A DNA stretch of 64,000 nucleotides, from positions 121,708 to 185,707 of the forward strand of contig DBZK01000020.1 in assembly GCA_002311135.1 (NCBI GenBank). The letters are read 5' to 3'. Each line of letters begins with the position of its first letter. Position 1 is the first letter of the stretch. The notes beneath the pieces are model-generated. The model did not search any database. It was given only the letters and a program-made list of their open reading frames with translations, and was not told the origin of the DNA. The stretch is from Dehalococcoidia bacterium UBA1162. Lineage in GTDB: Bacteria > Chloroflexota > Dehalococcoidia > GIF9 > UBA5629. Positions 18,088 through 27,793 of this stretch are shown in pieces. Position numbers and translations under genes: made by a program.

Positions 18088-19872
18088 ATGAAAAATAAGC
18101 AGGACCAGGCTGGAAGCCAGGGCGAGAATGCCAAGCAGGCCGCTCCGCAGCTAGGTCTTCCTCCCGTAATCACCGTCAAGCAGCTTGCCGACCAGGTGGG
18201 CGTCAGCGGAATTGAGATCATAAAGCAGCTAATGCGCAACGGTATCATGGCCAATATCAACCAGTCGCTCGACTATGAGACAGCCGCCAAACTGGTTGCC
18301 GATTTCGGTTTTTCAGCTAAGAGGCTGCATGCACCTGTACACGGGAAAACGAGTATTGCTGCCATGGGCGCTAAATTACGCTCGCGTCCGCCTGTCATTA
18401 CGATCATGGGACATGTCGACCATGGCAAAACCAGCTTGCTGGATGCCATCAGGCAGACCAACGTTGCGGGAGGCGAGGCCGGCGCTATAACCCAGCATAT
18501 AGGCGCCTACCAGATCGAGAAGAAGGGCCGCAAGATAACCTTCTTGGACACTCCCGGCCACGAAGCGTTTACCGCCATGAGGGCACGCGGCGCCAGGGCT
18601 ACTGATATAGCCGTCATGGTAGTAGCCGCCGATGATGGGGTCATGCCGCAGACGATTGAGGCCATCGACCACGCCCGCGCAGCCGGTGTAAGCATAGTTG
18701 TGGCACTAAATAAAATAGATAAACCTGAAGCAAATCCGGATAGGATCAAGCAACAGCTTGCCGATCTTGGCCTCGTAATCGAGGAATGGGGCGGCGATAT
18801 AATTTGCGTACCTGTTTCGGCCAAGAAGAAGCTGGGTATCGACGATCTACTGGAAAACCTCCTGTTGGTAGCAGATATGCTCGAGCTTAAAGCCGAGTGG
18901 GATTGCCCAGCGGAAGGGGTCGTAATTGAAGCCAAGCTCGACAAGAACCGCGGCCCGATAGCCACCGTACTGGTACAAAAGGGTGTATTGAAACCCGGCG
19001 ACAATATAGTTATCGGCACGGTAGCGGGAAAAATTAAGGCTATGTTCAACGATGCCGGTAAAAATATCCGCAAAGCCGAACCCGCCACCCCTGCCGAGAT
19101 ACTGGGTATGAACGCAGTGCCCGAGGCGGGCGAGACGTTCCAGGTAGTAGCAGGTGAAAAAGAAGCTAGAGTACTGGTTGAGAAAAATCGTGATTCGGGG
19201 GTCGGTACACCGTCTGCCAGGGGCATTAGCCTTACTGCCGTTGCAGCGCAGGCAAGCGCAGGCGAGATAAAAGACCTGAATATAATCCTTAAAACCGACG
19301 TGCACGGCAGCATCGAACCCATCAAAGATTCTTTAGAGAGGCTCAGCACTGACAAGACCAGGGTTAAAGTTATACATTTTGGCACCGGAAGCATTACGGA
19401 AAGCGACATTTTGCTGGCTATGGCGTCCAAAGCTGTTATAGTCGGATTTAACAGCAAGCCCGAGCCCGGCGCAAGCCGGTTGGCCGAACAGGAGAGCATC
19501 AGCATCCGCCAGTACAGCGTCATCTATAAGCTTATAGAAGACGTCGAGAAGGCGTTGAAAGGCCTTCTCGAACCTGAATTTGCCGATATCGTAGTGGGCC
19601 AGGCCGAGGTAAAAACAGTATTCGAGGCCGGCAAGAAAGGGCAGATAGCGGGCGCCCAGATAAAAGAAGGTAAAGCAACACGCGACTCGCAGGTAAGGGT
19701 CATACGTGGAGGCAAGGTCATTGCCGAATCACGTGTGGGCGGGCTGCGCCGTTTTAAGGATGATGTGAAAGAGGTAACAACAGGAATGGAGTGCGGCGTG
19801 AAGCTCGAAAGCTTTAACAGTTTCGAAACCGGCGATATACTGCAGTTTGTTCGCCGGGAACAAATAGACTGA
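18088..19872 (+). CDS. infB: translation initiation factor IF-2 (short form)
   Basis: [13 protein letters not shown]1 motif, [12 protein letters not shown]. 594 aa. Confidence 0.95.
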   Translation: MKNKQDQAGSQGENAKQAAPQLGLPPVITVKQLADQVGVSGIEIIKQLMRNGIMANINQSLDYETAAKLVADFGFSAKRLHAPVHGKTSIAAMGAKLRSRPPVITIMGHVDHGKTSLLDAIRQTNVAGGEAGAITQHIGAYQIEKKGRKITFLDTPGHEAFTAMRARGARATDIAVMVVAADDGVMPQTIEAIDHARAAGVSIVVALNKIDKPEANPDRIKQQLADLGLVIEEWGGDIICVPVSAKKKLGIDDLLENLLLVADMLELKAEWDCPAEGVVIEAKLDKNRGPIATVLVQKGVLKPGDNIVIGTVAGKIKAMFNDAGKNIRKAEPATPAEILGMNAVPEAGETFQVVAGEKEARVLVEKNRDSGVGTPSARGISLTAVAAQASAGEIKDLNIILKTDVHGSIEPIKDSLERLSTDKTRVKVIHFGTGSITESDILLAMASKAVIVGFNSKPEPGASRLAEQESISIRQYSVIYKLIEDVEKALKGLLEPEFADIVVGQAEVKTVFEAGKKGQIAGAQIKEGKATRDSQVRVIRGGKVIAESRVGGLRRFKDDVKEVTTGMECGVKLESFNSFETGDILQFVRREQID

Positions 19873-19932
19873 TCTTCCAGCCCCCTTTGCTTTCCCCGTA
19901 CCAGGGGATAAAATTTATTTTGGGAGAAAGCC

Positions 19933-20325
19933 ATGACGAGGCGTACAGAACGTCTAAATCATCTAATCCAGATAGAACTCAGTGACCTGCTGCGCAAGCA
20001 TGTTAATGACCCCCGCCTGAACAGGCTCATCAGCATAACGGAGGTATCGGTATCCAGGGACCTGAAAAACGCCAAGGTATCTATAAGCGCCCTGGGTGAT
20101 AACCTCGATCACAAGGAGATCATCAAAGGCTTTGTCTGCGCATCCGGCTTTTTGCGCAGGGAGCTGGCCCACCGCCTGAATATACGGGTTACCCCCGAAC
20201 TAACTTTCGAATTCGATGATTCTATCGAGCGCGGCGTTAAGCTCGTCAGCCTCATAGAGAACGTAGCTGCAGCCGAAAAAGTGGAAACGGCGAATGGACC
20301 TAAACGGAATACTAAACGTAAATAA
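19933..20325 (+). CDS. rbfA: ribosome-binding factor A
   Basis: 130 aa. RLNHLIQIELSDLL...ITEVSVSRDLKNAKV is typical of RbfA. Confidence 0.9.
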   Translation: MTRRTERLNHLIQIELSDLLRKHVNDPRLNRLISITEVSVSRDLKNAKVSISALGDNLDHKEIIKGFVCASGFLRRELAHRLNIRVTPELTFEFDDSIERGVKLVSLIENVAAAEKVETANGPKRNTKRK

Positions 20326-21187
20326 GCCGGGCGACTGCACTTCTTTCAGCATCGTAGCCAGGATCCGTCGTATGACCGGCGAAAAGCGCGTCGGCCACGC
20401 CGGCACCCTCGATCCCGCAGCTACCGGCGTGCTTCCCATCTGCCTGGGACAGGCCACCAGGATTACCGAATACCTGCATGCCTTCAGCAAAGAATATGTA
20501 GCTAACATCGAGTTTGGCGTAAGCACGGATACCTTCGACGGACAGGGCCGGGTGATGAGCTGCAAAGACGCGTCAGGTGTCACCCTTTCATCGCTGCAAC
20601 ACGAGCTTGAGGCCTTCGAAGGAATCATAGACCAGGTTCCCCCTGTATATAGCGCCATCAAAATAAATGGCAGGCAATCCTATTCTCTGGCCCGAGAGGG
20701 CATCAAGATATCTCTCCAGCCGCGACAGATCCGGATCGACCGGCTGGAGATGCTGGCATTCGAGCCTCCCTATTTGAAATTGCGTATCCTGTGTTCCAAG
20801 GGGACTTATATAAGATCTCTCGCCAATGATCTGGGCGAGAAGCTGGGATGCGGTGCGTATTTAAAAGAACTTGTGAGGACGGCTTACGGGCAATTCACGC
20901 TCGGTGACTCTCATTCACCGGAGGAAATTCAGTCGGCAGTGGAAAGCTGCAAGCTGGAGACCCTGCTTTATCCCGTGGATTACCCTCTTTTCGATTTGCC
21001 AAAGCTCGTGCTTGATGAAAAAATGGCCCGTGAAGTCCGGCAGGGCGCCGATATAGCGCCGGACTCAGCGGACCCGGCTAACGGCCCCCTCTGCCGCGCC
21101 TACGGCCCCGGCGGAACATTCATCGCTATCATGAAAGTCAGGCCGGAAACCGGCATGTGGCACCCCGAAAAGGTATTTGGGGGTTAA
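20294..21187 (+). CDS. truB: tRNA pseudouridine(55) synthase
   Basis: GILNVNKP...GHAGTLDPAATGVLPI catalytic Asp motif. 297 aa. Confidence 0.9.
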   Translation: MDLNGILNVNKPGDCTSFSIVARIRRMTGEKRVGHAGTLDPAATGVLPICLGQATRITEYLHAFSKEYVANIEFGVSTDTFDGQGRVMSCKDASGVTLSSLQHELEAFEGIIDQVPPVYSAIKINGRQSYSLAREGIKISLQPRQIRIDRLEMLAFEPPYLKLRILCSKGTYIRSLANDLGEKLGCGAYLKELVRTAYGQFTLGDSHSPEEIQSAVESCKLETLLYPVDYPLFDLPKLVLDEKMAREVRQGADIAPDSADPANGPLCRAYGPGGTFIAIMKVRPETGMWHPEKVFGG

Positions 21188-21213
21188 AATTGCCCCTAAT
21201 CCCTCAAAAAGGC

Positions 21214-21242
21214 TTGACATAGCTATGCGTATTAGCTATATT
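21214..21242 (+). promoter_or_regulatory. strong sigma70-like promoter TTGACA-17-TATATT
   Basis: TTGACA at 21214-21219, 17-nt spacer, TATATT at 21237-21242. It is followed by an AGGAGGT RBS and an ATG at 21281. Confidence 0.55.
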
Positions 21243-21280
21243 AGCCTTAAGAGCTATAAATTAGCTTCAGGAGGTGCCAG

Positions 21281-21424
21281 ATGACACAGGCCTACTGCTT
21301 TAAGGACAGAAAGAAGGTAGAGATCAAGAACCCGGTGAAGGTAACTCTGAAGAACGGCAGACCAGCGACCAAAGGGGTATGCCCCATTTGTGGAACTAAG
21401 GTATACAGGATAGGAAAGAGCTAA
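21281..21424 (+). CDS. 47-aa small zinc-ribbon-like protein (unannotated in ORF track)
   Basis: MTQAYCFKDRKKVEIKNPVKVTLKNGRPATKGVCPICGTKVYRIGKS. AGGAGGT lies 5 nt upstream and the gene has its own consensus promoter. The pattern is Cys-x2-Asp...Cys-x2-Cys. Confidence 0.6.
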   Translation: MTQAYCFKDRKKVEIKNPVKVTLKNGRPATKGVCPICGTKVYRIGKS

Positions 21425-21448
21425 CCAAGCCAGTTACAATCGACGTGC

Positions 21449-22129
21449 CTACAGCGACCGCCCGATCCTCTGCATCAATTTCAGGGGATTGAGTTCCAGT
21501 ACCTGTTTAAACTTGCGGTTGCTTATACCTGCCTGACGAAGGATATCCTTCGCCAGATGTTCGTTTAACAGATCATCTTCCTCATGAGCATCGGAATTCA
21601 AAAGCATTAAAGCCCCGGCTTCTCCTGCCACTTTGGCCACATGGGAATTAGTGATACAGTGGCCCCTCCTTGCAGTTATCTCTATAAAAACTTGATTCTT
21701 GGCCGCCAGCTTCGCAACCTGGGGCGTGATATGCCCCGGGTGTGCCAGGATATCGACATAGGGCGATTTTACCGCTGCCAAATTTGTCCCTTCCTCCACC
21801 GGTTCCACCGGTGATTCACCGTGTACCACAACTATCCATGCCCCGAGCTCCTTGGCTTCCCTGGCTGCTTCATTGATGGCCTTATACGGCAGGTGCGTCA
21901 ATTCCACGCCGGGCACAGCCAGTATATTCCAGTGAGATCTCGCCAGCTCACAATCACGGCTGACTTCCTGAATAACCCGTGCCAGTGAACCTAATGCCAG
22001 GTGATCCGTTATCGCAAGGACTTTATAACCATTAACTGCTGCGCGTCGGATCAACTCCATGGGGGATAATACACCGTCGCTATGGAAACTGTGAGAATGG
22101 AAGTCATAAAGCACGATATAAATTAGCAT
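21449..22129 (-). CDS. PHP-domain metal-dependent phosphoesterase (histidinol-phosphatase family)
   Basis: DFHSHSFHSDG N-terminal PHP motif plus downstream His/Asp clusters. 226 aa. Confidence 0.75.
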   Translation of the reverse strand: MLIYIVLYDFHSHSFHSDGVLSPMELIRRAAVNGYKVLAITDHLALGSLARVIQEVSRDCELARSHWNILAVPGVELTHLPYKAINEAAREAKELGAWIVVVHGESPVEPVEEGTNLAAVKSPYVDILAHPGHITPQVAKLAAKNQVFIEITARRGHCITNSHVAKVAGEAGALMLLNSDAHEEDDLLNEHLAKDILRQAGISNRKFKQVLELNPLKLMQRIGRSL

Positions 22130-22194
22130 AAAATTCTTGGATTATACAAGAACGGCATCATTATCTGTTATAATAGAGCGGATTTTAAACGCTC

Positions 22195-23181
22195 ATGTTT
22201 AAAAAAATACTCGTTCCGCTCGATGGTTCACGTGAGGCGGAGACCGTACTACCATATGTAAGGGATATTGCAATCCGTTTTGGCTCCGAGGTCGACATCC
22301 TTAGCGTAGGTCTGGGCAGCAAGCGCCGCAGGGTCAACCAGTTGCTGGATGACTACGTCCAACACACCGTGGAGCACTTCCAGAAACAAAATATCGTCTG
22401 CCAGGCAGTCCTCCTTTACAGTAGTCGAGAGGAAGAGCTGGCCGGATTCGCAGAGGTCAACGCTCAGGTGAACAACCTTAAGGCCAAGGGCAAGGTGGTT
22501 TATGGCGGGCCGGCCGACATGATACTGGATTATGAGCAGAAACATCGTGTAAACCTGGTTGTCATGGCGACTCACGGTCATGGCGGACTGCTTCGCTGGT
22601 GGCTTGGAAGTGTATTTGAAAAAGTCGTTTCCAATTCAATGTCGCCGGTGCTGGGAATACATGGAAGGCAGGCCAAGGAGCTCGACAAGGACAGGACGGT
22701 AACCTTTAAGCGCATACTGACACCGCTTGACGGGTCGGTTATCGGTGAAGCCGCCCTGCATGATGCTGAAGCTGTAGCACTCAAAACGGGCGCCTCAATT
22801 GTCCTGCTGCATGTCATCCCCGAGCCGCATGCCATCGAATCCCGCATCCTGGGGCCCGAATTCGTGGACTTCGTCAAAGCTATGCACGAAGCCGGCAACA
22901 AGTATCTCATCAAAGTCAGCGAAAGGCTATCCGAGAAAGGGATCAATGTTACAGCCAGAATCATTACAGGCGACCCTGCTGAAAGGATCGTTGATATAGC
23001 CAAACATGAAAAAGTGGACCTAATAGCCATGTCCACCCACGGAAGAAGCGGAATCGCCAGGTGGGTACTCGGAAGTGTTGCGGATAAAATCCTGCACGAG
23101 TCCAAGACCCCCATGTGGCTGGTCAGGCCGAAGAAGATCATCGACCGGATGCTCGATCACGAAGGCCACAAGGCGAGCTAA
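22195..23181 (+). CDS. tandem universal stress protein (two UspA domains)
   Basis: Two repeats of ILVPLDGS...ATHG(H/R)(G/S)G...GSV. 328 aa. Confidence 0.85.
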   Translation: MFKKILVPLDGSREAETVLPYVRDIAIRFGSEVDILSVGLGSKRRRVNQLLDDYVQHTVEHFQKQNIVCQAVLLYSSREEELAGFAEVNAQVNNLKAKGKVVYGGPADMILDYEQKHRVNLVVMATHGHGGLLRWWLGSVFEKVVSNSMSPVLGIHGRQAKELDKDRTVTFKRILTPLDGSVIGEAALHDAEAVALKTGASIVLLHVIPEPHAIESRILGPEFVDFVKAMHEAGNKYLIKVSERLSEKGINVTARIITGDPAERIVDIAKHEKVDLIAMSTHGRSGIARWVLGSVADKILHESKTPMWLVRPKKIIDRMLDHEGHKAS

Positions 23182-23215
23182 GCTTCAACATTTATCGTAA
23201 AGGAGTTGAACCAAA

Positions 23216-24322
23216 ATGGGAAAAATAAATGTAGCAATTATTGGCGTTGGGAACTGCGCATCCTCCCTCGTCCAGGGGGTGCACTATTACCGGAATGCCA
23301 AAGATGGTGAGTTCGTACCCGGTTTGATGCACGTCAACCTTGGCGGCTATCACATCAGCGATATCAATTTCGTGGCCGCCATCGACATCGACAAGAACAA
23401 GGTGGGCAAAGACCTGGCGGAGGCCATTTATACCCCGCCGAACAACACCTATAAGTTCTGCGATGTCCCTACCACGGGAGTAAAGGTGGTACGCGGCATG
23501 ACGCACGACGGCCTGGGCAAATACCTTAGCAAGATCATCGAGAAGGCTCCCGGACCCACAGCTAACATCATAGGCATACTTAAAGAGGTCAAGGCCGATG
23601 TGGCCATTAACTATCTGCCGGTGGGCAGCGAACACGCTACCAAGTGGTATATAGAGCAATTGCTCAGCGCCGGAGTAGGGCTCATCAATTGCATACCGGT
23701 TTTCATCGGCAGGGAACCTTACTGGCATACGCGCTTCCACGAGGCGGGGTTGCCTGTCCTGGGTGACGATATCAAGTCGCAGGTCGGCGCTACTATAGTC
23801 CACAGGGTGCTAACCCGGCTGTTCCGCGATCGCGGCGTAAAGCTGGAGCGCACGTACCAGCTTAACTTCGGCGGCAACACCGATTTCTACAATATGCTCG
23901 AACGCGACCGCCTGGAGTCTAAAAAAATATCCAAAACCAATGCGGTCACCTCGCAGCTCGACTATGAAATGAACCCAGACAATATACATGTTGGCCCCAG
24001 CGATTACGTCCCCTGGCTGCTCGACCGCAAGTTCTGCCATATCAGGATGGAAGGCCGGACCTTCGGCGACGTGCCTTTGAATCTAGAATGCAAGTTAGAA
24101 GTGTGGGACAGCCCCAACTCGGCCGGGGTGGTAATCGATGCCCTGCGCTGCTTCAAAATAGCCAAGGACCGCGGATTGTCCGGCTCTATCGTAGGCCCCA
24201 GCTCCTATTTCATGAAATCACCTCCCATCCAGTATTCGGATGATGAAGCGCGCAGACGGGTGGAGCAGTTTATAAGTGGACAGGACCAGCAACACCCCAT
24301 ATCCCTGCCCGATTCCGATTAA
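23216..24322 (+). CDS. ino1: myo-inositol-1-phosphate synthase (bacterial/mycobacterial Ino1 type)
   Basis: [48 protein letters not shown] and [16 protein letters not shown] are near-identical to characterised bacterial MIPS. 368 aa. Confidence 0.95.
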   Translation: MGKINVAIIGVGNCASSLVQGVHYYRNAKDGEFVPGLMHVNLGGYHISDINFVAAIDIDKNKVGKDLAEAIYTPPNNTYKFCDVPTTGVKVVRGMTHDGLGKYLSKIIEKAPGPTANIIGILKEVKADVAINYLPVGSEHATKWYIEQLLSAGVGLINCIPVFIGREPYWHTRFHEAGLPVLGDDIKSQVGATIVHRVLTRLFRDRGVKLERTYQLNFGGNTDFYNMLERDRLESKKISKTNAVTSQLDYEMNPDNIHVGPSDYVPWLLDRKFCHIRMEGRTFGDVPLNLECKLEVWDSPNSAGVVIDALRCFKIAKDRGLSGSIVGPSSYFMKSPPIQYSDDEARRRVEQFISGQDQQHPISLPDSD

Positions 24323-24377
24323 AAGACGCTGCGCCAGTGACCACAATTAAGCTAAAACGCTTCGACAGGGCAGGCCG

Positions 24378-25490
24378 ATGAAGATTGGGATGATCGCCCC
24401 TTACGATTATTCGCATCCCGGCGGTGTTATCAACCACGCTTCATACCTGGCCCACCATCTTCATCTGCTGGGACATGATGTTAAGATTATCGCCCCCATG
24501 CGCAAGAAAGGAACGCGCTACTTCGAAGAGGACGTTACTTCAGTTGGCAGGCCCTTGCCCATCCCTTACGGCGGCACCACGGCGCGCATCGCGCTTTCAC
24601 CCTGGCTGCCTTACCAGGTAAAAAGGGTTCTCGACAGGGAAAGCTTTGACATCATCCACCTGCACGAGCCGTTTATCCCTATGCTGTGCCTGAGCAGCCT
24701 GATAGAGTCTCATACTATCAATGTCGGTACATTCCATGCCTGTCATGACAGGTCTTTCGGCTACTGGGTGGGACAACCTATCATGCGCAGTCTGGGCAAG
24801 AAACTGCATGGCAAAATCGCCGTCTCCGAACCAGCGCTTAACTACATCCAGCACTATCTGCCGGCGGAGTATCGCATTATCCCCAACGGTGTGGATGCCC
24901 AGAACTACAAACCCGAGGGGCCTGTACGTAAAGAGTTTTGCGACGGCAAATTGAATATACTTTTCGTAGGCAGGCTGGAGGAACGCAAGGGCGTGGCCGA
25001 CCTGATACATGCCTGTTCGCTGGTTAAAGAGGATTTCCGGGACTTTCGCTTGATCATTGTAGGGCCAGGCCTCCAGCGGCGCTACCAGTATGAGCTGCTG
25101 GCTAAAAGGCTGCTGCCCGACCAGGTTGTATTTACCAGGTTTATTCCCGTCGACGAGCTGCCGCAATATTACAGGACTGCCGATATTTTCTGTGCACCTG
25201 CCAACGGAGGGGAAAGCTTCGGGATCGTGTTGCTGGAAGCTATGGCCAGCGGCAAACCGGTTGTTGCCACCAATATACCGGGGTATGCCAGCGTTATGAC
25301 CGACGGCCGTGAAGGGCTGCTGGCTACACCGAGAGACCGGCGTTCTATAGCCGACGCGCTTCTTACCCTGATACACGATAAGCCTAAACGGCAGAAAATG
25401 GCCGAGAACGGCCTGATAACGGCGGAAAAATACAGCTGGGTGAATGTCAGCCGGCAGGTCGAAGAATATTATAAGTCTCTAGTTAAATGA
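24378..25490 (+). CDS. pimA: GT4 glycosyltransferase, phosphatidylinositol alpha-mannosyltransferase (PimA)-like
   Basis: MKIGMIAPYDYSHPGGV, FDIIHLHEP and GGESFGIVLLEAMASGKPVV match PimA-type GT4 enzymes. Confidence 0.75.
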   Translation: MKIGMIAPYDYSHPGGVINHASYLAHHLHLLGHDVKIIAPMRKKGTRYFEEDVTSVGRPLPIPYGGTTARIALSPWLPYQVKRVLDRESFDIIHLHEPFIPMLCLSSLIESHTINVGTFHACHDRSFGYWVGQPIMRSLGKKLHGKIAVSEPALNYIQHYLPAEYRIIPNGVDAQNYKPEGPVRKEFCDGKLNILFVGRLEERKGVADLIHACSLVKEDFRDFRLIIVGPGLQRRYQYELLAKRLLPDQVVFTRFIPVDELPQYYRTADIFCAPANGGESFGIVLLEAMASGKPVVATNIPGYASVMTDGREGLLATPRDRRSIADALLTLIHDKPKRQKMAENGLITAEKYSWVNVSRQVEEYYKSLVK

Positions 25491-25508
25491 TATTTAAGGA
25501 ACTGTTTT

Positions 25509-26105
25509 ATGGCTAACTTCCAGGATGTACGCAGGCAGGCTGGACGCATGCTGACCAACCCCCTGGTACCTATTATCAGCAGGCTTAAACTCACGCCGGA
25601 CATGATGACCTTCACCGGTATAATACTGAATTTGGTTGCTGCCGTAGTCATCGGCTTCGGCTGTCTGCTGGCCGGAGGCATAATCTTCCTGCTGGCCGGG
25701 CTTTTCGACCTGCTGGACGGGGCGCTGGCCAGGTATATGGAGAAGACCACCCGGTTCGGGGCATTGCTGGATTCCACGGCCGACCGTATTACCGAGGGGG
25801 CTATTTTCCTGAGCCTGATCTTTGTGACGGGCGTATCCGTCTGGCCGTTCAATGTTACCTGGGAGCTGGTGCTGATATTCCTGGCCCTGATCGGGTCTTA
25901 TTTAACCAGCTATATAAGGGCCAGGGCCGAGGGATTGAACATCGACTGCACGGTGGGCTTGTTTACCCGTGTTGAGAGGGTTATAATATTAGCGCTCGGA
26001 CTGCTCCTGAGCCAGGTGTTCATAGCCCTGGCCATCGTAGTAGTCCTTTCTTTTGTGACCGTTGGACAGCGTTTAGTCCATGTCTGGCGGCAAGCGAGAA
26101 AATAA
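25509..26105 (+). CDS. pgsA1: CDP-alcohol phosphatidyltransferase, phosphatidylinositol-phosphate synthase (PgsA1)-like
   Basis: Exact D-x2-DG-x2-AR-x8-G-x3-D-x3-D motif (DLLDGALARYMEKTTRFGALLDSTADR). 198 aa, polytopic. Confidence 0.8.
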   Translation: MANFQDVRRQAGRMLTNPLVPIISRLKLTPDMMTFTGIILNLVAAVVIGFGCLLAGGIIFLLAGLFDLLDGALARYMEKTTRFGALLDSTADRITEGAIFLSLIFVTGVSVWPFNVTWELVLIFLALIGSYLTSYIRARAEGLNIDCTVGLFTRVERVIILALGLLLSQVFIALAIVVVLSFVTVGQRLVHVWRQARK

Positions 26106-26136
26106 AGGAGTTTTAATTACCGTCGCAGGCCTGGAA

Positions 26137-26358
26137 ATGAGTGACAAAACCTTCGAGTCGAGCCTGTCCTCCCTGGCTGTCCTGGTGGCAGTCTGGATCA
26201 TAGCAGGCATCACACTGGCCTTCACCGGCATCCGCCCAGCCAACATGGATGCCTCCCTCCTGATCTTCCTCAATATACTTACCGGCCTGATCGTGCTCAT
26301 CGTGGGCGGCGGCACACTTCTCTATTTCTGGGGCAAAGATTACATGTCCCGGGAATAA
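26137..26358 (+). CDS. small two-TM membrane protein (hypothetical); start uncertain (alternative ATG 26080 overlaps pgsA1-like gene)
   Basis: Two hydrophobic helices. There is no convincing RBS for either start. Confidence 0.3.
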   Translation: MSDKTFESSLSSLAVLVAVWIIAGITLAFTGIRPANMDASLLIFLNILTGLIVLIVGGGTLLYFWGKDYMSRE

Positions 26359-26362
26359 TTGG

Positions 26363-26392
26363 TTGATCTTCTTATAAACCCGAAAGTTTAAT
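26363..26392 (+). promoter_or_regulatory. putative promoter TTGATC-18-TTTAAT upstream of purA
   Basis: Hexamers at 26363-26368 and 26387-26392. GAGGAA RBS precedes the ATG at 26435. Confidence 0.35.
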
Positions 26393-26434
26393 GATTCGTT
26401 AATAATACAGGCACGTCCATTAGAGGAAAATAAA

Positions 26435-27718
26435 ATGTCAGTTGTAGCAGTAATCGGCGCCCAATGGGGCGATGAGGGCAAAGGAAAAATCGTAGACCTT
26501 CTGGCGGAGAAGGCCGACGCAGTAGTGCGTTTCTCCGGCGGCGATAACGCCGGCCATACAGTCATAAATCCCAAAGGGGAATTCAAGCTGCATATCGTCC
26601 CCTCGGGCATCTTTTATCCCCGCGCAGCCTGCATCATAGGCAACGGCGTGGTAATCAATCCCGGTGTGCTGCTGCAAGAGTTGGACGAACTTAAAGCCAG
26701 GGATGTTAATGTCGACAATCTCCATATTAGCGACCGGGCGCATCTTATCATGCCCTGGCACATCCTTCTAGATGGCCTGGAAGAGGAAAAGCGCGGCCAG
26801 GGAGCTATTGGAACGACCAAAAAAGGCATCGGCCCGGCTTTTGCAGACAAGACGGCCAGGCGAGGCATTCGCACCTGCGATATGCTGGACCCGGTTATTT
26901 TCAAAGCCAGACTGGCTATTATCCTGGCAGCCAAGAACGACATATTGACCAGGGTATATAATACGGCGCCTTTGGACCTGGAGGCGGTTTTTAATGAATA
27001 TTGGGGCTACGCCCAGCGTCTGGCGCGCTATATAGAGGACACCACGGCCCTGGTAAGCGACCTGCTGCGCAAAGGCAGCAACATCGTGCTGGAGGGAGCT
27101 CAGGGCTCCATGCTGGACCCCGATTTCGGCTCCTATCCTTTCGTTACGTCGTCCTCGCCGCTGGCGGCAGGGGCTTGCATAGGGTCAGGCATCAACCCGC
27201 GCATGATCGACCGCGTAGTGGGCATTTTTAAGGCTTACACTACCAGGGTCGGCGGCGGCCCCATGCCTACCGAGCTTAAAGACGATGTAGGCGAATATAT
27301 ACGGCAGCATGCCCACGAGTACGGCGCCACCACGGGCAGGGCGCGCCGCTGCGGCTGGTTCGACGCCGTGGTAGGCCGTTACACCACCGAGTTGAACGGT
27401 TTTACCAGCGGGATACTTACCCGCCTCGACGTTCTGGACGAGATGGAAAACGTCAAAATATGCGTGGCCTACAAGGTGGGCGATAAAACCGTAGAACACT
27501 TTCCGGCGGACGTGGAAGCCCTTGATCACTGCACTCCCATTTACGAGGAGCTGCCCGGCTGGAAAACCTCGACTACTGATATGCGTGAGGCTAGAAAGTT
27601 GCCCGCCAACGCCCGGAAATACGTCAAACGCCTGGAAGAACTAATCGGCTGCCCGTTCCACATAATCTCCATCGGCCCGCGCCGCGAGCAAAGCATCGTT
27701 ATTAAAAACGTTATTTAG
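26435..27718 (+). CDS. purA: adenylosuccinate synthetase
   Basis: QWGDEGKGKIVD P-loop, GGDNAGHTV. 427 aa. Confidence 0.95.
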   Translation: MSVVAVIGAQWGDEGKGKIVDLLAEKADAVVRFSGGDNAGHTVINPKGEFKLHIVPSGIFYPRAACIIGNGVVINPGVLLQELDELKARDVNVDNLHISDRAHLIMPWHILLDGLEEEKRGQGAIGTTKKGIGPAFADKTARRGIRTCDMLDPVIFKARLAIILAAKNDILTRVYNTAPLDLEAVFNEYWGYAQRLARYIEDTTALVSDLLRKGSNIVLEGAQGSMLDPDFGSYPFVTSSSPLAAGACIGSGINPRMIDRVVGIFKAYTTRVGGGPMPTELKDDVGEYIRQHAHEYGATTGRARRCGWFDAVVGRYTTELNGFTSGILTRLDVLDEMENVKICVAYKVGDKTVEHFPADVEALDHCTPIYEELPGWKTSTTDMREARKLPANARKYVKRLEELIGCPFHIISIGPRREQSIVIKNVI

Positions 27719-27793
27719 GTTTTCACAGCGAAAGCATCGATAATTGGGCCAGCAAACGCAAAGGCCATTACTACTGGCAGTAGCTATCTGCAG

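Noticed and set aside
18507-19523. 338-aa minus-strand ORF antisense to infB
   Set aside because: Low-complexity Ser/Ala/Leu/Pro-rich translation typical of the reverse frame of a GC-rich gene. infB on the opposite strand is unambiguous. No RBS or promoter.
27719-27793. Possible terminator between convergent purA and dapA (ctactggcagtag near-palindrome followed by ttatttt)
   Set aside because: The stem is only 6 bp with a 1-nt loop, so it is not a stable hairpin. Left unannotated.
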